From: Pseudomonadota bacterium
Lineage (GTDB): Bacteria; Pseudomonadota; Alphaproteobacteria; Sphingomonadales; Sphingomonadaceae
Assembly: GCA_023394965.1 (NCBI GenBank)
Contig: JAEWZX010000007.1
Span: 100,969 to 164,968 of the forward strand
Reading direction: 5' to 3'
DNA length: 64,000 nt
Shown here in pieces: positions 19,826-30,113 of this stretch. Numbering within the stretch: position 1 is the first letter of the stretch; each line of letters opens with the position of its first letter. Made by a program: the position numbers and the translations under genes. The notes beneath the pieces are model-generated. The model was not told the origin of the DNA and ran no database searches. It saw nothing but the letters and a program-made list of their open reading frames with translations.

Positions 19826-21267
19826 ACCGGGATACGGATTTCCGCCCGCAGCCCGCCTTCGGGCCGGTTCGACAGCACCAGCGTCCCGCCATGCTGTTCG
19901 GCCACGGCACGGGCCAGCGTCAGGCCAAGGCCAGCTCCGCCGGTTTCGCGATTGCGGCTGGCTTCCCCGCGGGTGAAGGGTTCGAGCATATCCTGAATGC
20001 GGTCTTCCGCAATGCCGGGGCCATCGTCGTCGACCCGCAGGATGGCCAGATTGCCGTCGCGCGCTATGCCGACCCTTGCCGTCCCCGCATATCGCAGCGC
20101 ATTGGTAATCAGATTGCGCAAACCGCGTTTGAGCCAGGTCAAATGTGCCGGCGCGACAATGCGGCCCTCCGTTTCGAGGGACACTGGTCGGTCCATATCT
20201 TCGAATTCTTCCACTACCGATGCGGCCAGCGCACCCAGTTCGGTCCTCTCCGCCTTGGCGGTGCTGCGGCCAATACGCGCGAGTGAGAGGATTTCGTCCA
20301 GTGTCCGGGTGATATCCTCGATGCTCGCGGCCATTTTATCGCGTGCGGCCTCGTCCTCGACGCTTTCGATCCGCACGCGCAGGGCGGCCAGGGGGGTCTT
20401 CAGATCGTGGCCGATGGCGCCAAGCATGACGTCTTTTTCATCCAGCATCGACCCGATCCGCGCCTGCATCGCATTATGCGCTTCGATAAGTCGGCGTATG
20501 TCCTGCGGGCCGGATACGGCGAGCGGTTCTTCGGCCATGCCAGCGCCGCCGAAGCGCCGCGTTCGCCGGGCCAGCGCGTCCAGCGGGCGGGTGATCCGGC
20601 GCAGGACGAAATAGAGCAGGCCGACAAGCACCAGGAACAGGATCAGCGTCTGAATGGCCAAGGTGCGCACAATGGCCCGGTCGCGCGGGGGAATGGGCAG
20701 GCGTGCCACCTGCCACGTGTCGCGGCCCGTCTGTTTCAGGCCCACCACCAGAAGATCGTATGGCCCTGCTTGCATGCGTTCGTAAATCCGCGGGCGGCGT
20801 TCGCCTGCGGCGCGCACGACCTCGTCATCCAGCAGCGGACGCTCGAAGACGACCAGTTCTTCCACCTCGACACCCTGGGCGGTCAGGATTCCGGCAAGGG
20901 CGGTTTCACGCCCGGCATCGCGCGTGACCCCGGCCACCAGCGGCGATCGGCCGGTTTCGCGATAACGGACATGGCGTGGCAGGCGGATGCGCCGCTCGCT
21001 GGCACCGGGAGGTGACAGGGAACGGGTCAGCCCGTCGCGTTCGTGGCGCTCGTGCCGCTCGTGCCGCTCGCCGCGTTCCGGGCGTTCCCGGTCGGCGCGG
21101 CGGGCACCTGCCAGCAATTGGAAGGCGGCCCCGTTCATGATGGCGAGTTCGCGCCTTTCGGATGCGGCGCGATAGAGCATGACGGCCGAAATGCCCTGCG
21201 CGATCAGCAGGGCCGCCGCCATCGCCAGCATCACCTGGCCCAGCAGGCTCTGCGGGAAGCGGCGCAT
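19822..21267 (-). CDS. Sensor histidine kinase (HAMP-HisKA-HATPase)
   Basis: Two TM segments; [22 protein letters not shown] and GAGLGL boxes; start overlaps the regulator stop (TGATG). Confidence 0.93.
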   Translation of the reverse strand: MRRFPQSLLGQVMLAMAAALLIAQGISAVMLYRAASERRELAIMNGAAFQLLAGARRADRERPERGERHERHERHERDGLTRSLSPPGASERRIRLPRHVRYRETGRSPLVAGVTRDAGRETALAGILTAQGVEVEELVVFERPLLDDEVVRAAGERRPRIYERMQAGPYDLLVVGLKQTGRDTWQVARLPIPPRDRAIVRTLAIQTLILFLVLVGLLYFVLRRITRPLDALARRTRRFGGAGMAEEPLAVSGPQDIRRLIEAHNAMQARIGSMLDEKDVMLGAIGHDLKTPLAALRVRIESVEDEAARDKMAASIEDITRTLDEILSLARIGRSTAKAERTELGALAASVVEEFEDMDRPVSLETEGRIVAPAHLTWLKRGLRNLITNALRYAGTARVGIARDGNLAILRVDDDGPGIAEDRIQDMLEPFTRGEASRNRETGGAGLGLTLARAVAEQHGGTLVLSNRPEGGLRAEIRIPV

Positions 21268-22004
21268 CAGTCTTCGTCCGTGCGGCGCACGCGCGCGACA
21301 TCGGCGGCGAAGCGATAGCCACCGCCGCGCACGGTCTGGACGAATTGCGGATCGCGGCTGTCGGCTTCGATCTTGCGCCGCAGGCGGCTGATCTGGTTGT
21401 CGACCGCCCGGTCGAACAGATGCGCTTCGCGGCCCTGCACCATGTCGAGCAGCCGGTCGCGGTCGAGCACCTGGCGCGGATGGTCGCAAAAGGCGCGCAG
21501 CATGCGGAATTCGGCGGTGGACAGCGGGACGAGAGCGCCCTCGGGATCGATCAGACGGTATTTGAGCGGGTCGAGCAGCCAGCCTTCGAATTGGTACAGC
21601 AGTTCATCGTCGGTCGGGGCTGCCGGCCGGTCGGCGCGGCGCAGGACCGAGCGGATCCGCGCCACCAGTTCGCGCGGTTCGAACGGTTTGGTGACATAAT
21701 CGTCGGCACCGATTTCCAGCCCGATGATCCGGTCCATCGCTTCGCCTTTGGCGGTCAGCAGAATGGTCGGCAGGCTGCGGCTTTCGACCAGATGACGGCA
21801 TAGCGAAAGCCCGTCTTCGCCCGGCATCATGATGTCGAGCAGCACGAGATCGGGCGTGGCCCGGGCCAGTTTCGTCCGGGCGGCAGCGGCGCTTTCGGCC
21901 TCTTCCACCACGAACCCCTGGCGAACGAGATATTCGGCCAGGGGTTCGCGCAGGCTGGCTTCGTCATCGACCAGCAGAAGAGTGGTGGGCGCGGGTTCGG
22001 TCAT
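21267..22004 (-). CDS. OmpR-family response regulator
   Basis: LLVDDE, LDIMMPGEDG, GADDYVTKPF, winged helix DNQISRLRRK...VRGGGY. Confidence 0.95.
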   Translation of the reverse strand: MTEPAPTTLLLVDDEASLREPLAEYLVRQGFVVEEAESAAAARTKLARATPDLVLLDIMMPGEDGLSLCRHLVESRSLPTILLTAKGEAMDRIIGLEIGADDYVTKPFEPRELVARIRSVLRRADRPAAPTDDELLYQFEGWLLDPLKYRLIDPEGALVPLSTAEFRMLRAFCDHPRQVLDRDRLLDMVQGREAHLFDRAVDNQISRLRRKIEADSRDPQFVQTVRGGGYRFAADVARVRRTDED

Positions 22005-22055
22005 CGTCTGTCCTTGCCCGCGACTAGCTGTTTCGGGGATGGAGTAGCAAGCGGC

Positions 22056-22751
22056 TTACTGGTTCTGCCGGGCTTCGCGCTTGGCTTTCCATTCGGCGCG
22101 CATGGCATCGCGGGCGGCCTGGCGTTCGGCCTGGGTGACCACGCCATCGCCATTGGTGTCCATGCGGGCGAAATGCGCTGCCTGCGCGGCGTCGAATTCG
22201 GCGCGGGTGATCGCCCCGTCGCCATCGGTGTCGGCCATGCGCATCATCATCATGCCGCCGCCCCGCTTGCCGTGGCCGCCGCGCATTCCGCGCTTGCCCT
22301 TGCCGCGATGGTCGCCGCGCGCTTCGCGCATCGCCGCCATTTCTTCGGCCGAGACGCCGCCCGAACCATCGGTGTCGAGTTTGGCGAAACGTTCCGCCAT
22401 CCGGTCACCGCGGCGTTCGCTGCGGGCTGCGCGCCGTTCCTCGCGGCGCTGCTGGCGGGCGTCATGCGCAGCCTGCATTTCGGCCTGCGAGATTTCACCA
22501 TCGCCATTGGTGTCCATTTTGGCGAACATCTGCTGGCGGCGCACGGCGCGGTCTTCGGCGTCGATCACGCCGTCGCCATTGGCATCCATGCGGGCGAACA
22601 TCTTGTCGCCGCGGGCCTGCATATCGGCCAGTGTGAGATCGCCGCCGCGATCGGCAGCGGTGGCGGCGCGGTCCTGCTGCTGGGCGAGGGCGGCGGTGCC
22701 GGTCAGCGCCAGCGTGGCCGCCGAAAAGGCGAGAAAGGTCTTGGTGTTCAT
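22056..22751 (-). CDS. Exported EF-hand calcium-binding protein
   Basis: Signal peptide; about five DxNGDG/DxDGDG loops; Arg/Gly/Met-rich linkers. Confidence 0.9.
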   Translation of the reverse strand: MNTKTFLAFSAATLALTGTAALAQQQDRAATAADRGGDLTLADMQARGDKMFARMDANGDGVIDAEDRAVRRQQMFAKMDTNGDGEISQAEMQAAHDARQQRREERRAARSERRGDRMAERFAKLDTDGSGGVSAEEMAAMREARGDHRGKGKRGMRGGHGKRGGGMMMMRMADTDGDGAITRAEFDAAQAAHFARMDTNGDGVVTQAERQAARDAMRAEWKAKREARQNQ

Positions 22752-22851
22752 GGCATGTCTCCGAATATCTGGAGAACTGCGGCAGGCCAGGGGACGGAGG
22801 GGGAGAAACCTGAAAGCCCGCCGCAGCTCGTATGCCCTGTCTAGCCCTGAA

Positions 22852-22900
22852 TTGTCGCAGGAATATGCCGGATCTGCGCGAATTTGTATCGCTTTGTCGC
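22852..22900 (-). promoter_or_regulatory. Direct repeats, putative site for the OmpR-family regulator
   Basis: Minus strand GCGACAAAGCGATACAAA (ACAAA-N5-ACAAA) plus a further GCGACAA copy, upstream of the EF-hand gene. Confidence 0.5.
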
Positions 22901-22953
22901 GCCAGCGCAGTGCCGTTCACCCCAGGGAAAGTTGGCGGGCGAGGGAGGGACCG

Positions 22954-23352
22954 TCAGCGGGGCCGGTGCTGCGTGCCTTCGCCCGCGGTGATGAAAATGG
23001 CCACCGCTTCGCCCGCAACATCGGCGGTGTGCCACACGCCCGCCGGGTTGATGGCATAATCGCCCGCCCGCAGCGTGATGCTTTCCCGCCTGCCGTCGGG
23101 GAATTCCTGCGTCAGCGCCATTTCCCCGGCGGTGCAGATCACCACTTCTTCGCCGATCGGGTGCATTTCCCAGCTCGACCAGCTTTCGGTAAAACTGTGC
23201 TGGCTGACCAGCCTGCCGTCGCGCCCGTCCGCGCCGTGCCGCCGGCCATAGGCTTCGTACCATTCCAGCCCGTCGAAAGGGGGCTGGGGCACGGCCGTCC
23301 CGCCGAGGCCCAGATGGACGAAACGGTCGGCAAGACGGCGCGGCCCGGTCAT
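22954..23352 (-). CDS. Cupin-domain protein
   Basis: WEMHPIGEEVV and INPAGVWHTA metal-binding cupin motifs. Confidence 0.88.
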   Translation of the reverse strand: MTGPRRLADRFVHLGLGGTAVPQPPFDGLEWYEAYGRRHGADGRDGRLVSQHSFTESWSSWEMHPIGEEVVICTAGEMALTQEFPDGRRESITLRAGDYAINPAGVWHTADVAGEAVAIFITAGEGTQHRPR

Positions 23353-23353
23353 G

Positions 23354-23749
23354 TCAGCCCACCTTGTCCATCAGGAAGGCGTTCAGCTTGTTCCCATCCG
23401 GATCGCGGAAATAGGCGGCATAGAACACCATGCCGTTTTCGTCCGCTTCGCCGCGGGGGCCGGGTTCGCCTTCGCAGGTTCCGCCATGGGCCAGCGCGAT
23501 GTCATACAGGCGTTTCACCTGGTCGCGGTCCTTCGCTTCGAAGGCGACCATCGTGCCGTTGCCCACCGTCGCTTCCTTGCCGTCGAACGGCTTGGTCGCA
23601 GCGATACCGGCGCCGCCGCCGGGTTCGCCCCAGGCGATGTAGCTTTCGAAATCCATCATCCTCCCGACGCCCATTTCCGCGGCGAGAGGATCATAGAAAC
23701 TGGCTGCGCGCGCCAGATCGTTGGTCCCGACAGTAACGTATCCGATCAT
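23354..23749 (-). CDS. VOC/glyoxalase-family protein (MmcA-like)
   Basis: YVTVGTNDL..A..FY, GNGTMVAF, YFRDPDGNKL. Confidence 0.9.
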   Translation of the reverse strand: MIGYVTVGTNDLARAASFYDPLAAEMGVGRMMDFESYIAWGEPGGGAGIAATKPFDGKEATVGNGTMVAFEAKDRDQVKRLYDIALAHGGTCEGEPGPRGEADENGMVFYAAYFRDPDGNKLNAFLMDKVG

Positions 23750-23783
23750 TACACCATTCCTTGAAAGCGATTCGCGACCAAGA

Positions 23784-23798
23784 GAACATTACGGGAAC
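23784..23798 (-). promoter_or_regulatory. Alphaproteobacterial LexA (SOS) box
   Basis: GAAC-ATTACGG-GAAC (GTTC-N7-GTTC on minus strand) about 35 bp upstream of the VOC gene. Confidence 0.75.
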
Positions 23799-23808
23799 AT
23801 TTCCAACT

Positions 23809-25626
23809 CTACAAGGGCGCGCATTCCGCCTTGAGCCAGGCGAGATCATCGCCGTCCAGCTGCGGTGCCAATATCTCCAGCACCCTGGCGTGGTAATCGT
23901 CCCACCAGCCGATTTCGGCAGGGGTCAGCAGGCTCCTGTCGACCAGCCTGCGGTCGAGCGGCACGAAGGTCAGCGTTTCGAAACCGAGATAATCGCCTTC
24001 GCTTTCGATTCCCGCAGGCACGACCAGCACCAGATTTTCGATCCGGATGCCATAGGCACCGGCTTTGTAGTAACCCGGCTCGTTCGACAGGATCATCCCT
24101 TCGCGCAATTCCGTTTCGGTCCCCGGGAAAGCGCCGCCCGGCTTCGATATGCGCTGCGGCCCTTCGTGGACCGACAGATAGCTGCCGACCCCGTGGCCGG
24201 TGCCGTGGCCGTAATCGACCCCGCCGTTCCACAGATGCATCCGGGCCAGCACGTCCAGCGCGCCGCCGCTGGTGCGATCGGGGAATTTCTGCATGTCGAG
24301 CTGGATGTGGCCCTTCAGCACGCGGGTATTGCGTTCCACCATTTCCGCGCTCGGTTCGCCGGGGCCGACCCAGACGGTGCGGGTGATGTCGGTAGTGCCG
24401 TCGAGATACTGGCCGCCCGAATCGACCAGATAGATCGACGATGGCGGGATCGGGATATTGCTGTCTTCATCCACCTTGTAATGCGGCAGGGCGGCATGCG
24501 GGCCGGCCGCGCTGATCGTGTCGAAGCTGGCATCTTTCAACAACCCGCCCGCTTCGCGGAATTCGCGCAGTTTCGCCGCAGCGGCAAGTTCGTCCACCCC
24601 GCCCTTGGGCGCTTCGACCGAAATCCACCGCAGGAAGCGGGAAACGGCCGCGCCGTCGCGCGCCTGGGCATCGCGATGGCCCTGCTGTTCGGCGGGGTTC
24701 TTGATCGCCTTGGGCAGCACGGTGGGATCGGCATCGCGGACCACCTTGGCCCCGCCTGCCTCCAGCGCGTGGAAAATTCCGGCCACCGCATGATTGGGAT
24801 CGACGGCAACGGTCTTGCCCTTCAGCCCTTCAAGCGCGGGCTGGAATTCATCGCGATTGCGCACCGTAACCGCATTGCCCAGATGCTGCGTCAGTTCGGG
24901 CGTCACCTTGTCGGGGGCGATGAACAGTTCCGCCGTGCCATCGGCCCGCGCCAGCACGTAAGACAGGGCAACCGGCGTGTTGTCGACATCGGTGCCGCGC
25001 ATGTTGAGCAGCCAGGCTACCGAATCGAGCGCGCTGATGACGGTCGCATCATAGCCTTCCTGCTTCAGCCAGTCGGCGATTTCGGCGCGCTTGTCGGCGC
25101 TTGAACGGCCGGCATGGCTGTCTGTGTGGGGGACGGCTGCGGCCAGCGATGCCTGCGGCTGGTCGTCCCAGATCGCATCGATCGGATTGCCATCGACCGG
25201 CACCAGTTCGATGCCTTTCTTGGCGAACAGCTTTTCCGCGTCTTCGGCCCAGCCGATCCCGTGCAGCCAGGCGTCATAGCCGATCTTCGCACCTTCGGGC
25301 GCATTGGCGGCGAGCCATTTGGCGGGCGAGGTGGCAGGCACATCTTCGTAATCGTAAAGCTTGCCGTCCACCTGTTCGCGCACCTGGACGGTGTAGCGGC
25401 CATCGGTGAACATGGCGGCCCCCTTGCCGCCAACCGCGTCTTTCAGCACCGCGGCGCTGCCCGCGCTGCCGCCGAAGCCGGTCAGCCATTGCAGGCGCTG
25501 CGCGTAAGAGCCGACATATTCGCTCATGTGTTCATCGGAAATCGGGATCACGAAACCGTCCAGGCCACGGCGGCCCAGTTCCTTGCGCAATCCGTCGAGA
25601 CGGGCTTCGTATGTCTGCATCAGCAT
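23809..25626 (-). CDS. Aminopeptidase P (M24B)
   Basis: DEHMSEY, LTGFGGSAG, DSGGQYLDGTTDITRT, HGTGHGVG, VHEGP, NEPGYY, GIRIEN. Confidence 0.95.
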   Translation of the reverse strand: MLMQTYEARLDGLRKELGRRGLDGFVIPISDEHMSEYVGSYAQRLQWLTGFGGSAGSAAVLKDAVGGKGAAMFTDGRYTVQVREQVDGKLYDYEDVPATSPAKWLAANAPEGAKIGYDAWLHGIGWAEDAEKLFAKKGIELVPVDGNPIDAIWDDQPQASLAAAVPHTDSHAGRSSADKRAEIADWLKQEGYDATVISALDSVAWLLNMRGTDVDNTPVALSYVLARADGTAELFIAPDKVTPELTQHLGNAVTVRNRDEFQPALEGLKGKTVAVDPNHAVAGIFHALEAGGAKVVRDADPTVLPKAIKNPAEQQGHRDAQARDGAAVSRFLRWISVEAPKGGVDELAAAAKLREFREAGGLLKDASFDTISAAGPHAALPHYKVDEDSNIPIPPSSIYLVDSGGQYLDGTTDITRTVWVGPGEPSAEMVERNTRVLKGHIQLDMQKFPDRTSGGALDVLARMHLWNGGVDYGHGTGHGVGSYLSVHEGPQRISKPGGAFPGTETELREGMILSNEPGYYKAGAYGIRIENLVLVVPAGIESEGDYLGFETLTFVPLDRRLVDRSLLTPAEIGWWDDYHARVLEILAPQLDGDDLAWLKAECAPL

Positions 25627-25773
25627 GGGCGAAAAATATCCTTTCGTCGGGGCCGGTGGCGCGCTGGCCGACTCGGCGCTTGCGGCCTTGAAGGGGGCCG
25701 CATAATCACCGTGCCTTAATAGGCATCTGCGGCGCGCCTTTCCACCTTTGCGCCGCCCAAGGGGGGATCGGCC

Positions 25774-27948
25774 ATGTCTTTCAAGCGATACACTGCATAC
25801 CTATCTGCCGCGTCGCTGGCGTTTGCCGCACCGCTCCATGCCCAAAATACCGAAGGGACACACGTGACACAGCCGACTTCCCCGCCCACAGCCGAGAAGC
25901 GCGATCACAGCTATTCGCATCACGGGATCACCATTGCCGATCCCTATTTCTGGCTGAAAGATCAGTCATATCCGACCGTGGACGACACGGATATTCTCGA
26001 TCACCTGAAGGCGGAAAATGCCTGGTTCGAAGCGCGGATGAAGCCGCAGCAGGCGCTGGTCGACGAATTGTTCGAAGAAATGAAGGGGCGGATCAAGGAA
26101 GACGATTCCACCGTTCCGCAGAAGGATGGCGACTGGCTGTACTGGTCCGAATTCGAAGAAGGCGCGGAATATCGCAAATATTACCGCAGGCCGGTCGCGG
26201 GCGGCGATGCGCAGCTGATCCTCGATGAAAACGTGCTGGCGGACGGCCACGAATATTTCCGGCTCGGCGCTTTCTCCATCTCGAAGAACGGTCGCTATCT
26301 TGCCTATTCGGCCGATACCAATGGGTCGGAACGCTTCACCGCGCGGATCAAGGATCTGCAGACCGGCGAATTGCTGCCCGATGAAATTCCCGGCACGCTG
26401 TCGGGCCTGGTCTGGGTGAAGAACGATAGTGCGCTGGTCTATGGCCTGGCCGATGACAATTGGCGGGTCCATGATGCGACCATGCATGTGCTGGGCACAC
26501 CGGTCAGCCAGGATGTGGAACTGTATCGCGAAACCGCCGACGAAGGCTTCCGGGTCGGGGCCGGTCTGACCGCGCAGGAAGACTGGCTGGTCATCGCCAC
26601 GGGCGATAACGAAACCAGCGAAGTGCGCCTGGTGCCGGCCGACAATCCGACTGCCGAACCGATTCTGGTGAAGGCGCGGCAGAAAGGCGTCGAATACGAT
26701 GTCGATGTGCGGGACGGGACCCTGTGGGTTCACGCCAATGACGATCACGTCAATTTCCGCCTGGCCACCGCCACGCTCGATGCGCCGGGGGAATGGACCA
26801 CGCTGATCCCCGGATCCGACGAATTCTATCTGACCGATTTCGATCTGTTCAAGGATTTCTACGTCACCGAAGGGCGGCTGCGCGGGCTCGACCAGATTCA
26901 GCTGCGCGATTATGCCAACCCCAATCTGGTCAAGCCGATCGCCTTTACCGAAGCCAGCTTCAACGCCGGGCTCAGCAACAATCCCGAATACGATCAGGAT
27001 ACGCTGCGCCTTGCCTATGAAAGCATGGTGACGCCCGATTCCGTGTTCGATTATCATGTCGCCAGCGGCGAACTGGAACTGCTCAAGCAGCAGGAAATCC
27101 CCAGCGGCTACGATGTCGATCTCTACACCACCGAACGGGTGGAAATTCCCGCGCGGGATGGCACCATGGTCCCGGTCAGCATCGTCATGCGCAAGGACCG
27201 GCCGCACACCGGGCCGCTGCATCTCTATGCCTATGGCGCTTATGGCTATGCCGTGCCGCCGGGCTTTTCGACCACGCGGCTCAGCCTGATCGATCGCGGC
27301 TATGCCTATGCCATCGCGCATATCCGCGGGGGCGATGATCTGGGCCGCAAATGGTATCTGCAGGGCAAGCTCAACGAACGGACCAACACTTTCAACGATT
27401 TCGTCGATGTGGCGAAAGGGCTGGTGGCCAGGGGCTATACCGAAAAGGGCCGGATCAGCATTTCCGGCGGTTCGGCTGGCGGCGAACTGATGGGGGTGGT
27501 GGTCAACACCGATCCCGATCTGTGGGGCGCGGTGGTGGCGCATGTGCCGTTTGTCGATGTGCTCAACACCATGCTCGATGAAGATCTGCCGCTGACGCCG
27601 GGCGAATGGCCCGAATGGGGCAATCCGATCCTGTCGAAACAGGCCTTCGCCTATATCCTCAGCTATTCGCCTTACGATCAGGTGGTGGCGCAGGACTATC
27701 CGCCCATGCTGGTCACTGCCGGGCTCAACGATCCGCGTGTGACCTATTGGGAACCGGCCAAGTGGGTGGCCAAGCTGCGCGAAGTGAAGACCGACGATAA
27801 CGAACTGCTGCTCAAGACCAATATGGGCGCGGGCCATGGGGGCAAATCGGGCCGGTTCGAATCCATTCGCGAAGCGGCGGAAGAAGTGGCGTTCATTCTG
27901 TGGCAGCAGGGCGGCGCCGAACAATCGGACACCAAACAGGGCCAATAA
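25774..27948 (+). CDS. ptrB: Oligopeptidase B (S9A), with signal peptide
   Basis: DPYFWL, YGAYG, GGSAGG, NDPRV, GHGGKSGRF catalytic triad motifs. Confidence 0.93.
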   Translation: MSFKRYTAYLSAASLAFAAPLHAQNTEGTHVTQPTSPPTAEKRDHSYSHHGITIADPYFWLKDQSYPTVDDTDILDHLKAENAWFEARMKPQQALVDELFEEMKGRIKEDDSTVPQKDGDWLYWSEFEEGAEYRKYYRRPVAGGDAQLILDENVLADGHEYFRLGAFSISKNGRYLAYSADTNGSERFTARIKDLQTGELLPDEIPGTLSGLVWVKNDSALVYGLADDNWRVHDATMHVLGTPVSQDVELYRETADEGFRVGAGLTAQEDWLVIATGDNETSEVRLVPADNPTAEPILVKARQKGVEYDVDVRDGTLWVHANDDHVNFRLATATLDAPGEWTTLIPGSDEFYLTDFDLFKDFYVTEGRLRGLDQIQLRDYANPNLVKPIAFTEASFNAGLSNNPEYDQDTLRLAYESMVTPDSVFDYHVASGELELLKQQEIPSGYDVDLYTTERVEIPARDGTMVPVSIVMRKDRPHTGPLHLYAYGAYGYAVPPGFSTTRLSLIDRGYAYAIAHIRGGDDLGRKWYLQGKLNERTNTFNDFVDVAKGLVARGYTEKGRISISGGSAGGELMGVVVNTDPDLWGAVVAHVPFVDVLNTMLDEDLPLTPGEWPEWGNPILSKQAFAYILSYSPYDQVVAQDYPPMLVTAGLNDPRVTYWEPAKWVAKLREVKTDDNELLLKTNMGAGHGGKSGRFESIREAAEEVAFILWQQGGAEQSDTKQGQ

Positions 27949-27953
27949 GACGG

Positions 27954-28337
27954 GTGATTAACAAGTATATCGCTGTTCAGGAGCACATCGACGAGCTTGG
28001 CCACGTCAATAATGCCGTTTGGGTGCAGTGGATTCAGGACATCGCCACCTCCCATTGGGATGCCGCCGCCCGCCCCGAAGACCACGCGGCATTCTACTGG
28101 GTCGTGACCCGTCACGAGATCGATTATCGGGGAAATATCTCTGTGGGACAAAGTGTTACGGGCGAAACGTGGATCGAAGGCCCAGCTCGCGGGGCAACTT
28201 CGCTGCGGCGTGTCGATTTCCGCAACGATGCGGGCCGGGTGATCGTCAGCGCCGCCACGACATGGGCCATGCTCGACCGGGAAACCAACAGGCTGGTGCG
28301 GGTAAGGCCCGAAATCCTCGCCCCCTTCACCCCCTAG
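27954..28337 (+). CDS. Acyl-CoA thioesterase (4HBT/hot-dog family)
   Basis: IDELGHVNNAVW and HEIDY motifs; start uncertain. Confidence 0.85.
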   Translation: MINKYIAVQEHIDELGHVNNAVWVQWIQDIATSHWDAAARPEDHAAFYWVVTRHEIDYRGNISVGQSVTGETWIEGPARGATSLRRVDFRNDAGRVIVSAATTWAMLDRETNRLVRVRPEILAPFTP

Positions 28338-30090
28338 CGAGCGCGCCGGCCTCGTCGTCGCCCTCCGGCACGAACCACTCCAGCGTGTCGCGGCCCGTGC
28401 GGTTCCGCCCCGCGCATTTCGCCTCGTAGAGCAACTGGTCGGCCCGGGTGTAAAGGCTCCAGAAATCGAGCTCAGGGTCATCTGCGACCGCTGAAAAATC
28501 GAGCAGACCCATGCTGGCGGTAACCGGGCGGTCGAGCCCGTCCATGTTCTCCAGCGTGCGAGCCGTGATCGCCCGCCGCCGCGCCTCGGCCCGCTTTGCG
28601 GAATCCTTGCCGCGCAGCATCAGGAGGAATTCCTCGCCCCCGATGCGGAATGCGATCAGGTCCTTGTCATCGCTGCCCCTCAGCGCCTCCGCCACGCAGA
28701 CCAGCACTGCATCCCCGTAAGGATGGCCGAAGAGATCGTTGATCGGTTTGAAATGGTCGATGTCGATCACGGCGATTGTGTGAAAGCCTGCCTTAACCAG
28801 CGATTCGAAGCGTGCATCGAGAGACCGGCGATTGCGCAATCCCGTCAGCTCGTCGCGTTCGCTGAGCTTTTCGAGCGAGCGTGCTTCGTCCAGCGCCTGG
28901 TCGCGCTCGTGCTTGATCGAGATGAAGCGGTCGGCCACGCCCAGCGCGGTGGCCACGACTTCAAACAGCAGGGCAAAATTCTGTGGCCAGGTTTCGTCGA
29001 AGGCGTAGCTTTCCGGAAACAGCGTCACGGCTCCGAACTGGATGACCACTACGGCGCTGAACGGTGCAAAACCCAGAATGAGATAGGAGGCCATGCGGCT
29101 GCCCGCCCGTCTGGCACGCCATAGAATGGCGAAATAGGCCCCCAGCATTAGCACATAGGCCCCGAAATAGATTTGATCGATCCAGTTGCCAAACAGCTGG
29201 GGGTAGTAGGTTGTCGCCAATCCGTTCACGATAGAAAGACAGGCGATAACCAGCAGTACCATGCGGTTCCGACGCGAAATGAACTCGGGCTCAACAAAAT
29301 TGCTCGCAAAGAGCATTGTCGCGGCCACCATCACGTCCAGGCTCAGATAAGTGATGTTGAGTTCGCTGTTGAAATCGATCGGCGTCATGAGCGGAAGAAG
29401 GCCCGACACCGCGGCTGTCTGGATAAACGCCATGGCGCAGAAAAGTGCATGCCAAAGGGGAAATGGTTCGCGCAGGGCGCGGTAATATCCCAGATCGAAC
29501 AGGATCGGGGCGATGAGCAGACCGCATATCAGCGCGGCCAGCAGATGAGCGAAACCGGCAATGGGGCGGATCGAAGGCTTTGCACCAAGCTTGGCATCGA
29601 TCAGCACTTCAGGCCATTTCCCGCCGTCGAGAGTAAATACCAGAGCGGTCGGCTGCCGGTCGATTTCGGGTAGTTCGATCATCGATCGCAGGCTCGATGC
29701 ACCGAGCCAGGTATCGGGGAACCGGTAGGATCGGCTGTAGCGTGTTCCTTCATCGTCGATCAGCGTGGCAGTAAGCTTGTCGAATTCCTGTCGTTCGAAT
29801 TCCGCATATCGAAAAGCGTCGGTATCTAAATTCCGGCCTTGCAAGTCGATGCGGATGAAGTGGCGCTCAGCTTGCCAGTTGCGGATATTGCCGTTGCAGG
29901 TCCATGCTTCCGGGCGCTGCGCCACATCGGCAAGCCGGAGGGATCTGTCGCCCGAGATCCAGCAGATCGACTGCTTCGCGAAACTCGGCGCTGCGATCGC
30001 CGGGGTGGGGGCGAGAAACTGGCCCGCGATGACTGCCAGCAAAATCAGCCGCAGCGCAAGCAGCAGATCAAATGATAAAATGCGTCCCAC
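28327..30090 (-). CDS. Membrane diguanylate cyclase (periplasmic domain, 7TM-DISM-like region, GGDEF)
   Basis: DELTGLRNRR, DIDHFKPIND, GGEEF, ADQLLYEAK; multiple TM segments. Confidence 0.92.
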   Translation of the reverse strand: MGRILSFDLLLALRLILLAVIAGQFLAPTPAIAAPSFAKQSICWISGDRSLRLADVAQRPEAWTCNGNIRNWQAERHFIRIDLQGRNLDTDAFRYAEFERQEFDKLTATLIDDEGTRYSRSYRFPDTWLGASSLRSMIELPEIDRQPTALVFTLDGGKWPEVLIDAKLGAKPSIRPIAGFAHLLAALICGLLIAPILFDLGYYRALREPFPLWHALFCAMAFIQTAAVSGLLPLMTPIDFNSELNITYLSLDVMVAATMLFASNFVEPEFISRRNRMVLLVIACLSIVNGLATTYYPQLFGNWIDQIYFGAYVLMLGAYFAILWRARRAGSRMASYLILGFAPFSAVVVIQFGAVTLFPESYAFDETWPQNFALLFEVVATALGVADRFISIKHERDQALDEARSLEKLSERDELTGLRNRRSLDARFESLVKAGFHTIAVIDIDHFKPINDLFGHPYGDAVLVCVAEALRGSDDKDLIAFRIGGEEFLLMLRGKDSAKRAEARRRAITARTLENMDGLDRPVTASMGLLDFSAVADDPELDFWSLYTRADQLLYEAKCAGRNRTGRDTLEWFVPEGDDEAGALARG

Positions 30091-30113
30091 GTGCTCGCGC
30101 TAGTGCGTTTGGC

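Noticed and set aside
25966..27945. 659-aa antisense ORF over ptrB, and similar long antisense ORFs (4420-5700, 23761-25104, 12558-13880, 49586-51283)
   Set aside because: Shadow frames produced by GC-rich codon bias of well-supported genes; no recognisable motifs
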